Shown here piece after piece: positions 39,556-55,529 of a stretch of 64,000 bases of DNA. This DNA comes from the human T2T-CHM13v2.0 reference genome, Homo sapiens, in the NCBI RefSeq assembly GCF_009914755.1, contig NC_060942.1; one strand, 5' to 3'. The notes beneath the pieces were generated by a model, which was given only the letters and a program-made list of their open reading frames with translations, made no database searches and had not been told where the DNA came from. A program made the position numbers and the translations under genes. Each line of letters begins with the position of its first letter. The first letter of the stretch is position 1.

Positions 39556-40914
39556 ATTATAAAGGCCTTGCCTAATAGCCTCTGTGTGCAAGTCCAAGGA
39601 TTCATCAATCCTGCTCTGTGACAGAGAGGCCAAGGCCATTGGTCCTCAGCAACACATCCTCATGGTTACATGTCATGTCATTAATAATTTTATAATAAGC
39701 TACAGCATCTTAGATTGTGCCTGCCTCAAGAGAAGGCTGTCTCATTAGCTAAATAGATTTCCTCCCAGGCTGCAGGTTTTAAAAGCAACCTTCCCCCTTC
39801 CCAAGTAAGAAGTTAGGTCTTCTCGGTCCTTATTGTGCAGAGAATGACCTATTCACGAACGTGCCTGAGGTCTGGGGATTAAAAAGGTGGGCCCTCCAGC
39901 CACGTATTGTTGCCTTTTTACAATGGATATTTCTTGAGTTTTCCCACATTTTCATCCACTACTAGATGGACTTGTCAGGTTTGAGTCTCAGTTTACTCCC
40001 TGATGAGACAGTGTTTTCACCTGGGCCCAGAAATAGACAATAATTGCACTCAAAAGGGATAAAGCCTTCAGGAGAAGGGACTTCCCAAAGTCCAAACACC
40101 TAAGGGCCAGAGAAATACCAGAAGAGAGTGGATGCCAAAGGCTCTAATCTGATTTCAAATTGATCACAGCCTCTTTTAAGTCCACTGGAAATCCTACAGT
40201 AGAGGTTGTTGTGAAGTTATAAGTGGCTTCATTTGGACGTCTAAAGTTTGTGGTACATTTTTTCTAATTCTTTAAATCACCTTTCAAAACATAAGTGAGA
40301 ATATGCTACCCTTATATGAATTTCTTCAAGAGGATATTTTAACTATTTGTACTTAAAGTGTCAAATTCCGATCTGTTAATAATTTTATAAGGTACAGTAT
40401 GTGTAACTGTTTTCTCCGTGATAGTCCAGATATAACTATGAGGTTCTATTTAATAATGATTAATCAATTTAACAGTGATTAAATTGTCCATTGTCATTAA
40501 TGATAGTGAATTCATGCATTTAATTTCAAAGTAATTATTTTTTTCTGAAATTCTAGAATTATTCTCGTTCCCAGCTTCCTGTTTATTAAAGGTAACACTT
40601 CAGTTATCATAAGGAGGAGCAGTAACCACAAGCAGTCTGTTTTCTACTAGTTGCCACCTGCGTTGGCATTTTATTCAGAAAATACCTTTTGTGTTGTTTT
40701 GTTTTCAACATTTCTCAGTCCTAACAAAGTTTGATTTTTTTTGGGGGGGGTGGGGGTTGGGAAGCCTTTATGTTTTTGCAGCATGTCACTTGGGTTTAGC
40801 CATGACAAAAGTCAGAAGATGTAAGCTTCCTTACAATTCTAACATGCCCCGTAGTAAAAATGTTGTATTGGTTTGTATTAACCAATTTTCCTATGTAAAA
40901 ATCTACTTGGAAAA

Positions 40915-40916
<2 letters not shown>

Positions 40917-40962
<46 letters not shown>
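40917..40962. repeat. (TA)n microsatellite
   Basis: Pure TA run. Confidence 0.97.
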
Positions 40963-40965
<3 letters not shown>

Positions 40966-41584
40966 ATTTTCGATTTTTTCCTTATTTTCTTATATTACGA
41001 CATGGATTGCATTATTATTATTTTAATGAGATTACTAAAAATTGAATTTACCTATGTTAAATAAGCTACTTCTCAAAAATTTATTTTAACTGGGCATTCT
41101 AACACTTGTTTGCAGAAGACTTAAAGTTAATTTTTTAAATAAAAGTTTTCGCTATTTCAACTCGATGCCTAATTAAACATACAAATAGTTATTTGGGCTA
41201 CCTAAAACTGCCAGTCCAATAGTACCACATTAATTGAACACTGAGAGATTATATCAAGGTTTTAAATAAAATGTATACTGTCCTTGTTATGCAACTCAAG
41301 GTCAGCAATATGAACATGTATGGTATCTCAGCTGCATGAAAATAAAATTACAATCAGGCTAAGTGGTTTCAAACGCTCTAAAAGCACAATGAAGCTGTTC
41401 TAACTGGGGTCTGCAAGGCTTGCGCATACCATGATGTGATTAAGAACTATTCCAGAGATATTGAAGAAAATAATAGAGAAAACATCAAAAACTTCAACAA
41501 AATATTAAACTCTTTGGCATTTACATCTATCTGGAATAAACCAAAGTATCCCCCATTAGCATGAAATTTAATGATCTTTCATTC

Positions 41585-41771
41585 CAGTGTTTCTCACATT
41601 CATTGTGTGCCTCAAAATCATCTGGGGTGATGGAAAAACGTGTTACTGAGCCTCATCCCAAATCTCTCATTTGGTAGGACTGGGCTGGGACCTGAAATTT
41701 GCATTATTAACAAGTTCTCAGGGTTGCTGATGCTGCCGGTTTGTCCAGGGAACACACTTTGATAACCATTG
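41585..41771. mobile_element. MER5A (hAT-Charlie non-autonomous DNA transposon)
   Basis: Terminal inverted repeat-like ends cagtgtttctca / tgataaccattg; internal atttgcattattaacaagttctcagg..gctgatgctgccggt. Confidence 0.8.
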
Positions 41772-43747
41772 TTGTAGAGAATTAGATGTGATCATGTGTA
41801 CCAATTCCAAGAAAAATACCAGGCTTATAGTAAGCCCTCAATAAATCCTAGCTAGTTAATAAAAGTAGTCAAAGAAGAAGCAGAAATAGAAACAGCAACA
41901 TTTTTCTCTTAAGACTATGAAAATTGTAGAATCCACTTCTGCAGATCCTGCTTCTGAGCAGGGTGGTTTTCTTGGACACTAGGTTTCTCTGCAATAATGA
42001 AATTTCTTCTCACTTTTCACACTTTTTATGCCTTCATATTCTGCCTTAACTGTGTGTACAAAGGATAATGGACTAGGAGAAAGGGAAAGATTTGAGATTC
42101 TAATATCTCAATAAATTTACCTTTTAAAAGTTGTACTAAATGTGAAGTGGGAGGATGAGAGAGATGAGATGGTATAGTTACAAATCCATGTAATTTAATT
42201 CAATATTATGAAGATGAAAAACTTTTCATGATAAGACCCAGGAAATGAGCAGAATATGAGTTTCAGTTAGGTAGGGAATACATTTGCTTAACATACCACC
42301 ACATTGATTTATACAGTGACTTAATTCAGTTAACTAAAGTTAAGTGATATTGACAAATATTGAATTCTAGAAGGTTGAATGGAGGACTCTCTGTGTGCTG
42401 ATTGAGAACACCGCTGTAGACAAGGTATAGCCTCCTTGCAAAATGAAGAGAAGTGACTGGGAATGTTATGAGAACCCTAACAAAAAGGGCTAAATGGAGA
42501 TGCAGCCAAGTGGTTAGATTAGTGAATGGGACGAGGACATGAGTCATGGTGTACCAGAAGCAACATACAATCAAATTGATAAGTAAATCTGTAAAGTCTC
42601 CGATCATGAACAAAATGTTCTGAGAGAGAGTGATCTATAAAACATCCAGTTGAATTAGGGAATATTTTAAAGCAGTGCGAATATTTCAGTGAGGTTTCTA
42701 AAAATGAATAGGAATGTCATAGGTGGAGAAAGAGATATTATCCATGGTAGAGGAAATAGTACTTCAAAAAATATGGAAGCACAAAATAAAACTGGTTGAC
42801 CTACAGGAGAATTAGAAATCATTCATCACAATGAAAACAACAAAAATATAGGTGTGTGGGTATGTCCCTTGAATAAACTATGATTTCGTTGTGGCTAAGA
42901 AACATTCCTATTTCCAATTACCTGTCCCGCAATCACCCAATAGCCTGGCTTCTTCATTCCTTTCTCTCCTCGGAGCTTGTACCCGCAAAGCTGAGGGTAG
43001 TTAATTAAGAACATACGACCCTGTTAGTATGTTTCATTTTAAAGCTATAGATGCACCTTCCAAGTGATTCTCCAACAATCCCTAGTTGCCATAGGACAAT
43101 TACATGGTCAACTAATTTGTCTACTCACTGAGATGAAAATTTCACAGCCTGTCCCTCTCTCTTTCAATTTAGCTAATGTCTTTACTGATTATTTCCCCTG
43201 AGAAATAAAGTGAGATTTCTTTATCTTTCAGCTTTAAATCCAACCTGTGTTTGTGCTTTCTTAGATGCTCTGTTCATTCTCCTTGCTCTGGGCAGGCTGA
43301 ACACATGAGTTACAGTGAGATAGAAGAAAGCAATTCTAGTAGCAAGCTGTTGACACCGGTCTAAATCTCAACCCAGGGAACAAGGAGGGTGAGCTCTACC
43401 TTTATCCAGGGCAAGGCTTTTATTGATTTTGTTTCTTTACTTTTTTTTTTTTTAGTAGAGCAGGCCAAATGAGCAGGAGAGGCAAACTTCACCAAATTCT
43501 TTCTTAAAAGGGAAGGTTCAAGTCAATTCTTCCAAAACTAATGCATACCGTTCCACGAATGACACTGTTCTTTGCCATAAGCCCCTCTTAAACTTCTCAC
43601 CAAATCTCTCAAAGCGAAACCAAGTAGACCACAGCTGCCCTGCTTCTGACTGCTCAGTTTTTTGCATGTCATTTTAATTCATCAAATACCACAGACACAA
43701 ACTGGGAGACAATTCTGTTAGAGCAACAGTGCACTTTTGACCAAAAC

Positions 43748-46560
43748 TTTTGAAAATTAACTTTGAGACATAATTTACATAGACTAAAATGGACACCAAT
43801 GAAGAGAGCAGATCAAACGGTTTGACTAAAAGCCCTTCCCGCCAGCATCACAATCAGCTATGGAACATGTTCATCACCGCAAAAGGTTTCCCAGTGCCCC
43901 TTTAAGGTCAATCTAACTGGACCCCTGACTCTAGGCAACCAGTGATCTGACTTTTAATTTCTGTCCCTATTTACATGAAATTCTAGAGAATTTCATGTAA
44001 ATGGCATCACACGCTATAAACTCTTCTGAATCTGGCTTCCTCAGAGGAATATATTTTAGATTGCTCCTTAACGTTGCATGAATTGATATTTTTGGCTATT
44101 TTATAACCAAGTAATATTCCTGGCCAGACAGACATTAATTTGTTTATACATTCACTGTTAAAGAACTTTTGACGTTTTCCCAGGGTAGAGCTATTACCAA
44201 TAGAGCTGCTCTAAACATTTCTGCAGAAGTAAGTGTGTGTGAAATAATTTTTCATTTCTCTCGGGTAAATATGTAGGAAAGAAACTGCAGAATTGTATGT
44301 AAGTTTAGGCTTATGAAAAAGTGTCAAACTGCATCCCTTAGCAGTCATTGTACCATTTTACATTCCCCCAGCATTGCATGAGAGATCCAGTTGCTCCATA
44401 TCCTTGCCAATGACTGGTATTCTCAATTATTTCTAACTTTAGCAATTTCAATTTCATTGTTATTTTTACTTGCCTTTTCCTGACAACTAAGATGTTCAGT
44501 ATATTTTCACTTGATTATTGGCTATTATTGGAGATATATATGTGTGTATATATAATATATATATGTTGTATGTGTATGCTCACATTTTTTGGCTATTTTA
44601 ATTTTTGTCTTCTTATTGAATGTCAAGAGTTCTTTATATATTATATATTTATATCACAGAGAGATATAGGTATGGTATTATACATGGTTTAAGGTAAAGA
44701 TAAAGATTTATTTATTCCCCTCTGCATACACATTTGGTACTGAACAATTGATTGAGTGATTTTTCTTTCTCCATCTAATTGCCTTGGAATGTTTGTTAAA
44801 ATCAATTGACCTCATATGTACGTCTGTTCTTGACTATTTTCTTCCATTGATCTACATGTCTATTCTACATCAGTAACATACTGTTTTGATTACTGTAGCT
44901 TTGAAGTAAGTCTTAACACCATATAATCTAAGTCTAACTTTTGTTTTTCTCTTTCAAAGTAGCTTCAGGTATCCTAGATCCTTTATATTTCCAAGTAAAT
45001 TGAAATACAAGTTGTAAATTTTTACAATAAGCAAATAAATAAATGTAACCCTACTGGGAATTTGATTAGGATTGTAGAGATCTGTGTATCATTTGGGGTA
45101 AAAATGAACACCTTAACAATATTGAGTCTTCCAACCCATCAACGTGGATTACGATTTCATTTACTTTAGGTCATTTTTTTAAAAAAAGTAGTTTTTGTAG
45201 TGTTTCATGTACAGGTCTTGCACATATTGTATTGCAAGATTTGTCCTATGTATTTGATATTCTTGGGACCTCTATTAAGTACTGAATATTCTGGGATACC
45301 ATTGCAAATGATCATTTAAATATTTTCACTTTCAAATTGTTGTTTGCTTAAATGTAGAAATGCAGTTAATTTTTCATATTGACCTTGTATGCTGTGACTT
45401 TCCTAAATGACATATCAGTGCTACCAGCACTAAGAAGCTTAAAGATTTTTTACATGCACAATCATCTTCTCTACAAATAGGGACAGTTTTACTTCTTCAT
45501 TTCCAATCTACATGAGTTCTTTTTTCACTTGTCTTACTGTAATGGCTAGGATCTTCAGCACAATGTTGAATAGAAGAAGTAAAAGCAAATATCCTTGTTT
45601 TGTTTTGTTTTGTTAGTGAACTAGGAAAAAATCAGTCTCTCATCATTATGTTTGATATTAGCTATTTAAATATTTTTTATTTTTATTTTATTTTTAGCTA
45701 TTTTTTATGGATGCCTTTTACCAGGTTGAAAAATGTCTCTTATTCCTAGTTTGGTGACAGAATTTTATGATGAATAGGTGTTGATTTTTTAAAAGCTTTT
45801 TTTCTTTTTTGACTTATTAATATGGTAGATTACCTTAATTTTAATATATGCAAACAAACTTCGCATATCCTGGGATAAAGCATGTCTCTCTATATGTATG
45901 TACACACACATACATATGGTTGGGTACAGTTTGCTTAAACTTTGACTATTTTTCTCTGTATTAATGAGTGATTTTGTCTGTAGTTCCCTTTTATTATAAT
46001 GCTCTTCCTGAGTCTAAAATCAGAGAAATACTGGTCTCATGATGTAAGTTTGAAAGCGTTCCATTTTCCTGTATGCTACGGAATATTTTGTGTAAGATTG
46101 GTATTTTTCCTTAAATGTTTGATAAAATCTTGGCCTGGAATTTTATTTGTGGGAAAATTTTAATTAGGAATTCAATTTATTTAATAAATATAGAGTTATT
46201 ATGATTTTCTTTTTTTTCTTGAGTCAGCTTTGGAAATGTGTGCTTTTAAAAGATTTTGTCTGTTTCATCTAAGCTGTCAAATACATTGTTCTGAAGTTAT
46301 TCATAGTATTATATGATAAATAACTTAAATAATAGTATTGTTCCCTCTTTGATTATTGATATTGGTAATGTGTATCTCCTTTGCTTTTATATTTAGAGAT
46401 TAGTCAATTTTATTCATAATATTCAAATAAACTAGCTTTTAGTTTCATTGATATTTTTCTATTAATTATCCATTTGTATGTATTCACTTCTACCATTATC
46501 TTTATCATTTCCTTATGTCTACATAATTGACTTTAATTTGCTCTTTTGTTTTTACTTTTC
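43748..46560 (-). mobile_element. Long old L1 (L1ME/MC) 3' UTR plus ORF2, antisense
   Basis: aactttgagacataatttacatag..., tgttttgattactgtagctttgaagtaagtctt, ttaacaatattgagtcttccaacccat, ggctaggatcttcagcacaatgttgaatagaag; colinear. Confidence 0.85.
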
Positions 46561-46569
46561 AAAAATATT

Positions 46570-46660
46570 TTATAGGAATGAGGTATCCCCATGTTGCTGA
46601 GGTTGGTCTCAAGGGATCCCCGCTGAACTCCTGGGCTCAGGTGATCCTCTCGCCTCTCAT
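46570..46660 (-). mobile_element. Alu/FLAM fragment
   Basis: ccatgttgctgaggttggtctc..gaactcctgggctcaggtgatcctctcgcctc. Confidence 0.7.
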
Positions 46661-46669
46661 CCCATATCT

Positions 46670-47180
46670 AGTGGCATCAAATTGTTATTTTAATTTGCAG
46701 TAACCTTATGGCTAATAAACTTGAGAGCCCCTTTCCATTTTACTGTTCAGTCAAATATATCATCTTCTATAAAAACACCCATGTCTTCTGCCTACTTTAT
46801 GTTGGGTTATCTTTTCTTATGGATTTTTAGTTCTTTATATTTTTATATTCTGAATATCTTGGATATGAGGCATTATACACACACACACACATATATATAC
46901 ACACATTGGTGTATATATATTTGTATACATATATGTGTGTGTATGTGTGTTTGTATTTGTATACACATATACATGTGTATTTGCAATGTGTGTATTGCAA
47001 TACACATATTGCAAATATCACCACCCTCTCTACAGGCTGACTTTTTCCTCGCTTGATGGTGTCTTTTGATGAACAGAAGGTATTAATTTTCATGTGGTCC
47101 AGTTGGTCAAACATTTCCTCTCTGGATAATGCTTTTGGTCCGATTTAAGGAACTTTAAGTACTCCAAGCTCATAAAGATG
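46670..47180 (-). mobile_element. L1M fragment with a TA/CA repeat (46875-47010)
   Basis: tttttagttctttatat...ttgatggtgtcttttgatgaacagaagg. Confidence 0.65.
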
Positions 47181-47194
47181 GGTTCCAACAATCT

Positions 47195-47778
47195 ATTTTT
47201 TACCCAACAGCCAGTGAATCTTCCTTGAAATATAAATAAGACAACAGAATACTATTCCCACACTCAAAACCTTCTAATGGCTTCCCCTCATGTGTAAAAT
47301 AAATCTGAACTCTAGCCCCTGACTGGGTTTCCTTCACTCTTCCTTCACTTGTTTCTCCCAATCACATTGATCTCGCTCTTCCTTAAACATGCCAAGTTGG
47401 TTCCCACCTGCTGTTTTTTTTCTGATCGAAATATTCTTTCTCTCACTTCTAATTGGCTTATTCCCTCACTCCTTTCAAGTTTCTTCTCAAATATCACCTC
47501 CTTAGAGTAGTTTTCCCTCAAAGTCTATAAAGCAAGCAAACAACAGGTAGCCCAGACATAAAATATCCTGTGTATTATTTTAGCCTGCTGTGGTTTCTTT
47601 TTATTCACAAGACTTATCTCTACCTGACACATATTTATTCACCCACTTCATTTCACTACAGTGTAAATTGCATTTACAAAGAGCCTTTGTATCTTTTGTT
47701 TATTGCCTTATCTCAGATACCTGGAACAATTATTTACTCATAAGACAGCTCAATAATATTTACCGAATGTTGAATAAT
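47195..47778 (+). mobile_element. L2a 3' region
   Basis: ctcaaaaccttctaatggcttccc, ctcaaatatcacctccttagag, terminal gctcaataatatttaccgaatgttgaat. Confidence 0.8.
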
Positions 47779-48989
47779 GTTGCCACATGCCTTTGCAGAA
47801 CAGGTACTTAATGAATGTGTATTAACATGCATTGATTTTCCCCATTTTCTCAGTCATTTCAAGCTTATCTAACTTAAAGCCACACTGGCTCAAGAGAAAT
47901 AGAGAGCTACTGTCTCAGGCTTAGACTCTGTACTTATGACATAAAATTGCTTTTTTCAACAGGCAACAGAGCATTGAGTGGTTAACTACATAGGACTCAC
48001 TTTCATGTTTCTTTCATTGTATGAAAGGTCATTGTAGAATTTGTATTTGACCAATAATACAATGAAAGACAAGAAACTTTGTCTGGGATGGGAAATCTTT
48101 TCAAGCCATATATCTGGTGAGTTTCCATCTTGTCACATAGAAAAAGCAACCCGAGGAACAGAATATATTTGGTGTTAGTCACCAAACAAGGCAGAGATGA
48201 AAGTTAAAAGAAGACAACTAAGTATTCAACATACTCTTAGAAGTAAAATTCTTTAGCAGTTTCCATTTTAAGTTTGTTACCTTAAAAACATAAATTGCTG
48301 ACAGGGCGCAATGTTGTAAATCAACCCACATCAATATTTATTGAGTAAATGCTTCACAGAAGACTCTTTTCTCATTGAGCTTATCAGGCATTAAAATGTA
48401 TCACATCATAAAAAGGAAATCAATTGCCTGAGTCTAAAATATAGCTGTTAAATTTTCCTACCAGCCATTTGAAAAGCTAAACTCTGCTTGTAGGGGGATA
48501 ATGCCAGGATTTTGAATGTTATCTAATAAACTCAAGATGAGTTTGCAAGGAAATTTTTAATTTTTTTAAAAAAGGATTTAATTGATTGCTATGTATAGAA
48601 CAATAAAATATCATTGCTTTTATTTGCTAGTGTATTTTATTCTGATGTAGGGAGGTACTCCATTAAGAAAATCCCAATGTTCTGAGATGGTTGATCAAAG
48701 AGATATTTAGTGCCAAATTCAGATGTGCTTTGAGTGATAAGTAATCAAACATGACATGAGAAATTAAGCCAAAATTGACTCAGTAAAAACATATAAAATA
48801 CAAATTGCTGAAAGTCTTCTTTTTAATTTTAATGATACGTCTTAGAAATGGTTCAACTCATACAAATTCAGGCAAGACCAGTTTAAAAAGCAGGAACATT
48901 AAGAATCATACTTGAACTTAGTTCAAGAAAACAGTTGACAAATTCTAAATGTTAAAAGAAGCAATGACAAAATGACAAAATCTAGTAAA

Positions 48990-49035
48990 TGATGACCATG
49001 ATGATGATGATGATAATGATGATGATGATGATGAT
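48990..49035. repeat. (GAT)n microsatellite
   Basis: atgatgatgatgatgataatgatgatgatgatgatgat. Confidence 0.92.
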
Positions 49036-49589
49036 TCACAGCCAGCAGCTCCTGTGTGTTTGACATTGTTTTTACAGCTAATGTGTTATTTAATATTTGT
49101 TAAGTGTCCTGGATGTGGAAGTAATTTACAATAAGGCAAAGGACAGATAACAGTTTCCCCATTGTATACTTTAAAATATGTGACTCAGGTTGACTCAGTG
49201 ACTTTCCAATATTGACAATGTTAACTATTGCCAGGGAGGGGACTAATGTGCTCCTCATTACATAACACTCCCAGGATTTCTTTACCTTGTGATTCTAAGA
49301 TGTAACACTGACATTATGGGCTCAAAGCCCACTTTACATGCAACACACACCCATTTATGTGTCCATTCTGTATTGAGGGCTTGTGTTCACAAGACACACT
49401 AAAGCCAAGATAAGAAAAACAAGAGATCCTCTTTTATGAGTTACAGTCTACTAAGGCAACATGCATTAAAAAATCAATTATTCCAATACATGTTTAATCT
49501 ACTTCACATATGTACATATTTCTAAATAGTTAATATATACTTAATAAATAACATATTCTTAACACAAAAATATGTATTAATAGGTCCAC

Positions 49590-49752
49590 TTTTTACCAGC
49601 AGTGTGCCTGGGGAAGTCTCAAAACTTCTGTTCCTTCCTGTGCTCACCTGTACAATGTGAAGATTAAATGAAAAAATGCATGTGTTCTGCTATACATAGT
49701 TCTGGACACCTAGGAATTTTCAGCCAATATAGTTACTACTCAATAATAATTA
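49590..49752 (+). mobile_element. MIR
   Basis: ccagcagtgtgcctggggaagtctcaaaacttctgttcct..ctcacctgtacaatg is the MIR core. Confidence 0.6.
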
Positions 49753-49993
49753 TTGTTACTCTAATTACAATAATAAAATATTGTTCTTATATAAATAAGA
49801 TGGATTTTACATAGTATGTGTACAATAGCTATTAAGAAAAACAGATTTATTCAAATGCAGATTATGTTTTTTATATAGATTTCTCATTGGGCTCTATTTT
49901 ATACAATCCCAAAGAGGCTTTAAGAATCACAAACAAACTATTAACTTATATTTAGATGAATTTAAAATGTAAGGTAAATTTATTCATTATATA

Positions 49994-50907
<914 letters not shown>

Positions 50908-51014
50908 TACTTGCTATTGTTTTTGCTAATTGAAACCTGGAGAAATTGAGAAAGAGTTTGAATAACACCAAGTTACACTAAGTGGCAGGAGAATTCTTGT
51001 TCCCAGAAGGTACC

Positions 51015-51391
51015 TGACATGGTTTGGTTGTGTTCCCACCCAAATCTCAACTTGAATTCTAGTTCCCATAATCCCCACGTGTCGTGGGAAGGACCTGGTA
51101 GGAGGTAATTGAATCATGGGGGCGGTTACCCCCATGATGTTCTCATGATAGTGAGTGAGTTCTCATGAGATGTGTTGGTTTTATAAGGGGCTTTTCCCCA
51201 TTTGCTCAACACCTCTCCTTCCTGCTGCCCTGTGAGGAAGGTGCCTTGCTTTCCCTTCACCTTCAGCCATGATTGCAAGTTTCTTGAGGCCTCCCCAGCC
51301 AGCCAAACTGTGAGTCAATTAAACCTCTTTTCTTTATAAATTACCCCGTCTCAGGTATTTCTTCAGAGCAGCATGAGAATGGACTAATACA
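51015..51391 (+). mobile_element. THE1D-like (MaLR) solo LTR
   Basis: tgacatggtttggttgtgttcccacccaaatctc ... ggactaataca; perfect TSD gtacc (51010-51014, 51392-51396). Confidence 0.93.
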
Positions 51392-53214
51392 GTACCCTAT
51401 AAACCTGCAATGCTAAAACAGAAATAGTGTGACTCAAAAGCTAGTTTTTACTGTATTTGGACTGTGGTTTTTTTAAAGCTGGTTGATGGTCATAATTACC
51501 TGGTTACTTTATTAAGAATATAACTTCCAAGTCTCATTCCCATCTTGCAGAAACACAATCTTTAAAGACAATGGGAAAAAATAAATTTTATCTTTAAAAA
51601 CATAGAATTTTTTTGGTCAGTAATTACAAAAGTGCCTCAATACTTCATAAAACCTTGTGGTCATCAGTATGGATGTCAATTATAATTATGTATGGCCAAA
51701 AGATGTCTCCTTGATCAGTTAGATTTCAGGGTACTAGTAGTTGTTAACACTGTCAACAGATCTCAGTCTGTTATTTCAATCTGGCATGATGACCCAGGTT
51801 AAATTATTTTACATTATTATTTAACATTTAAAACAAATATTAAGGCATTTCATTCATCTTTAACAAGAAACAAGACATTTCTAAGACAAAGAGCAAAAAC
51901 AGAAGTACTGTTTTTTGAGACAGAATTTTGCTACTTGCATTTGATGGATTTATGCATCACTGGATATATGTAAATTTCTGAATATGCCCCTCTCTGTGGC
52001 ATAAACATAGGTTGGCTTACTCAAAATAAAACTTTATTTAAGGCCATGTAATGTTAAGACCTGAGTAATTGCTCTGATTCTTGAATAATTTTCTCAATTT
52101 ATTCCCAAGCAATTGTTTTTTTTTTTCTTTTCCTTCCTTTTTCCCATGTTTGTTAAGCAAATCTCTTTGTAACAAGATAAATCTTTCTGGTATAATATAA
52201 AAATGTAAGAGTTATGCAAATGTACATGTCTGAATGTCTGCACATACACACACGCGCCCATGCACACACACGCGTATGTTCCTGCTCAGAACACAGGCAA
52301 ATGTCTAGTACTATCTTAAAATTCTAAGTTCATTTTATACTGTAGCATTGATATGGTGGTTAAATTTGTTATTAAAATTTAAAAAAATTTACCTGGAAAA
52401 CTTAGAAATTCTAGGTCAGATAGGTTTTATACAAGGAGTGATTTATAGTCAAATTATCTCTGTGATTATATTCTTTCTGTATTTCAGCACTAAATAAGAA
52501 CATACTTGCTAAAACTTGCCTCAAAATACACTCTGATTAATTTGGCCGCTGTGAGTACCTTAAAGTAAAATCCAACTGTACTCACAGGCATCTTCTTCCT
52601 GGAGAAGATTACAGATAATATTATGCCAGAACATCATTTTGTGGCTCTCACATTTTCATAAATGCCCCCACAGCTGAGAGAAAACAGAATCAAACTTCAA
52701 TGAAGTATTTGCAATGTAATGGTTCTCTGAGGTTGTAGTTTCAGCATTTATTTTTGTCAGTAAAATCTGCCGTTTGTTGATACAAGAGAATGTCTATCTT
52801 TGAAACTCAGCTTGCATTTGAATGAGGATGTTAAAACAATTAAGCACCGGGCTCTATCATTCTGCCATCCGCTTCTCCTGCGTGGCTAAAACACTGAACA
52901 TCTTGAGCTGCATGGTGCCTGGAGCTGTGCCACGTGGCTTGGATGCAGTCAGCAAATCTGGGAACTGCCAATTACTATGTCCTCTGCATTCTGTCCCAAT
53001 CATTCTGATTCCTCCCAGGGAAGGTTAGTCTCAGTTAGGACACCATAGTCCATAAACTATAACTTTAACAATGAGATTTGTTCAATCCCAGTGAGGTTCA
53101 CATATACTTTGAATGCCACATAGGGTCTGTCCCCAAATGGCAAAACACACAAATGGGAAACAGTTGTGTAAATACGAAAAATGTAACTCTTGTACTATAA
53201 AAAAGCAGGAAAAC

Positions 53215-53348
53215 ATCAGCACTAGCAGTAACTAGAACTTTCTTAGCACATGCTGTATGTTAGGCCCAGGCTAAGAGCTTAACTTTTTAAAAATTTTAAC
53301 TCCCACAGCACCCACATGTCACTGATACCATTATTATCCCCATTTTCT
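53215..53348 (-). mobile_element. MIR fragment
   Basis: agcacatgctgtatgttaggcccaggctaagagctt...ccattattatccccatttt. Confidence 0.6.
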
Positions 53349-54250
<902 letters not shown>

Positions 54251-54344
54251 AACAAACAAAATCAACAGAAATGCATAAACAAAGAATAAAGAAGAGTAAC
54301 AGGAAGAGCAATTTAAGAACATGCCTGTAAAAATTCACATTTAA

Positions 54345-54520
54345 GATTTATCCAGTGCCTCCACATATATTATCTTAAATTTATTCTCATGTAGGTTATT
54401 ATGTCTATTATATGGGTTTAAAAACTGAGGTGTGTCGGTGTTAGCAACTGCCGAAGAACACAATGCAACCTAAAGCCAGGATTCAAACCCTGGTGTTCTA
54501 ATGCTGAATCTTCTACTCTT
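54345..54520 (-). mobile_element. MIR fragment
   Basis: aaaactgaggtg...gccaggattcaaaccctggtgttct. Confidence 0.55.
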
Positions 54521-55529
54521 TTCTTGAGTAGGAAGACAGTACTGGCCTGCACTGATTTAATTCAAAATAGAAACTCCCACAAAAAGAAAATACTTCAAAT
54601 GATTTAGATTTTCCTAGAAGAAATGCCGACTTACAAATACCGAGACTAAAAATGTGTGTGCTACAAAAAAAGACTTTTGCTTAAAGTATAATCTATTTTA
54701 TTCATATTTCATAGGTGTGTTCACACCATTGTTACAGACGATAGTTTCTGCACAAGATACTCGGTTACTGTAATCTTCTGTTTACACCTTCTCTATTCAT
54801 TAGCTCCTTGTTTTCTGTAATTGAAAATGCTTTCCAAGCCATCTGTCAACATGACTCAGGTTTTAACCTCTCTGGCAGGCCCTTACCTACTTCTACATAG
54901 GATTAGTGCATGGCCCAGATGCTGTCAGAGTGTCGAGTGAAAAACAGCATCAGAAATGCCACAGGGGGATAGTTATCACTAGCCATTATTTAAACATATA
55001 ATGTGTTATGGGTGTATTTAAAAAGAGCTCTTTTAATTTGCAAAATCATTTCTTAGAGTGGATTCTCACCTGGGAGAAGCATAGAGAGGTAACAGATGAT
55101 GTGTGACCAAGGAAAGCAATAAAATTGTACAGTTCTCAGTAGTTTTCCAAAATAAAAAATAGTGAAAATCTCTGCTGTGGCATGTGTCTAGGAAGATGAC
55201 GCTACGATATGTAATATTTTAGGAGAAGAATCATTAAGATCTCTGGTAACATTGTTACTGATTGTTTGAGGTGTGGTTCACCCCTACTAAAGAACATACA
55301 TGACCTATTATGTGGAATGAGGTTATAATCACCTCCAACTTACCCACCAATGTTTTGATATTAAACTATTCATTCCTGATACCATTAGAGAAATTATTTT
55401 AGAAGTTATTATTATATTAGATTACATTATATATAATACTTTGCTCACTATTTTATGCCTTTTCTTTAATGCTTTCATGGATAAGACTATCGTCTACCTA
55501 AAATTTTGAGAGCAAAAGCTATATACCCT

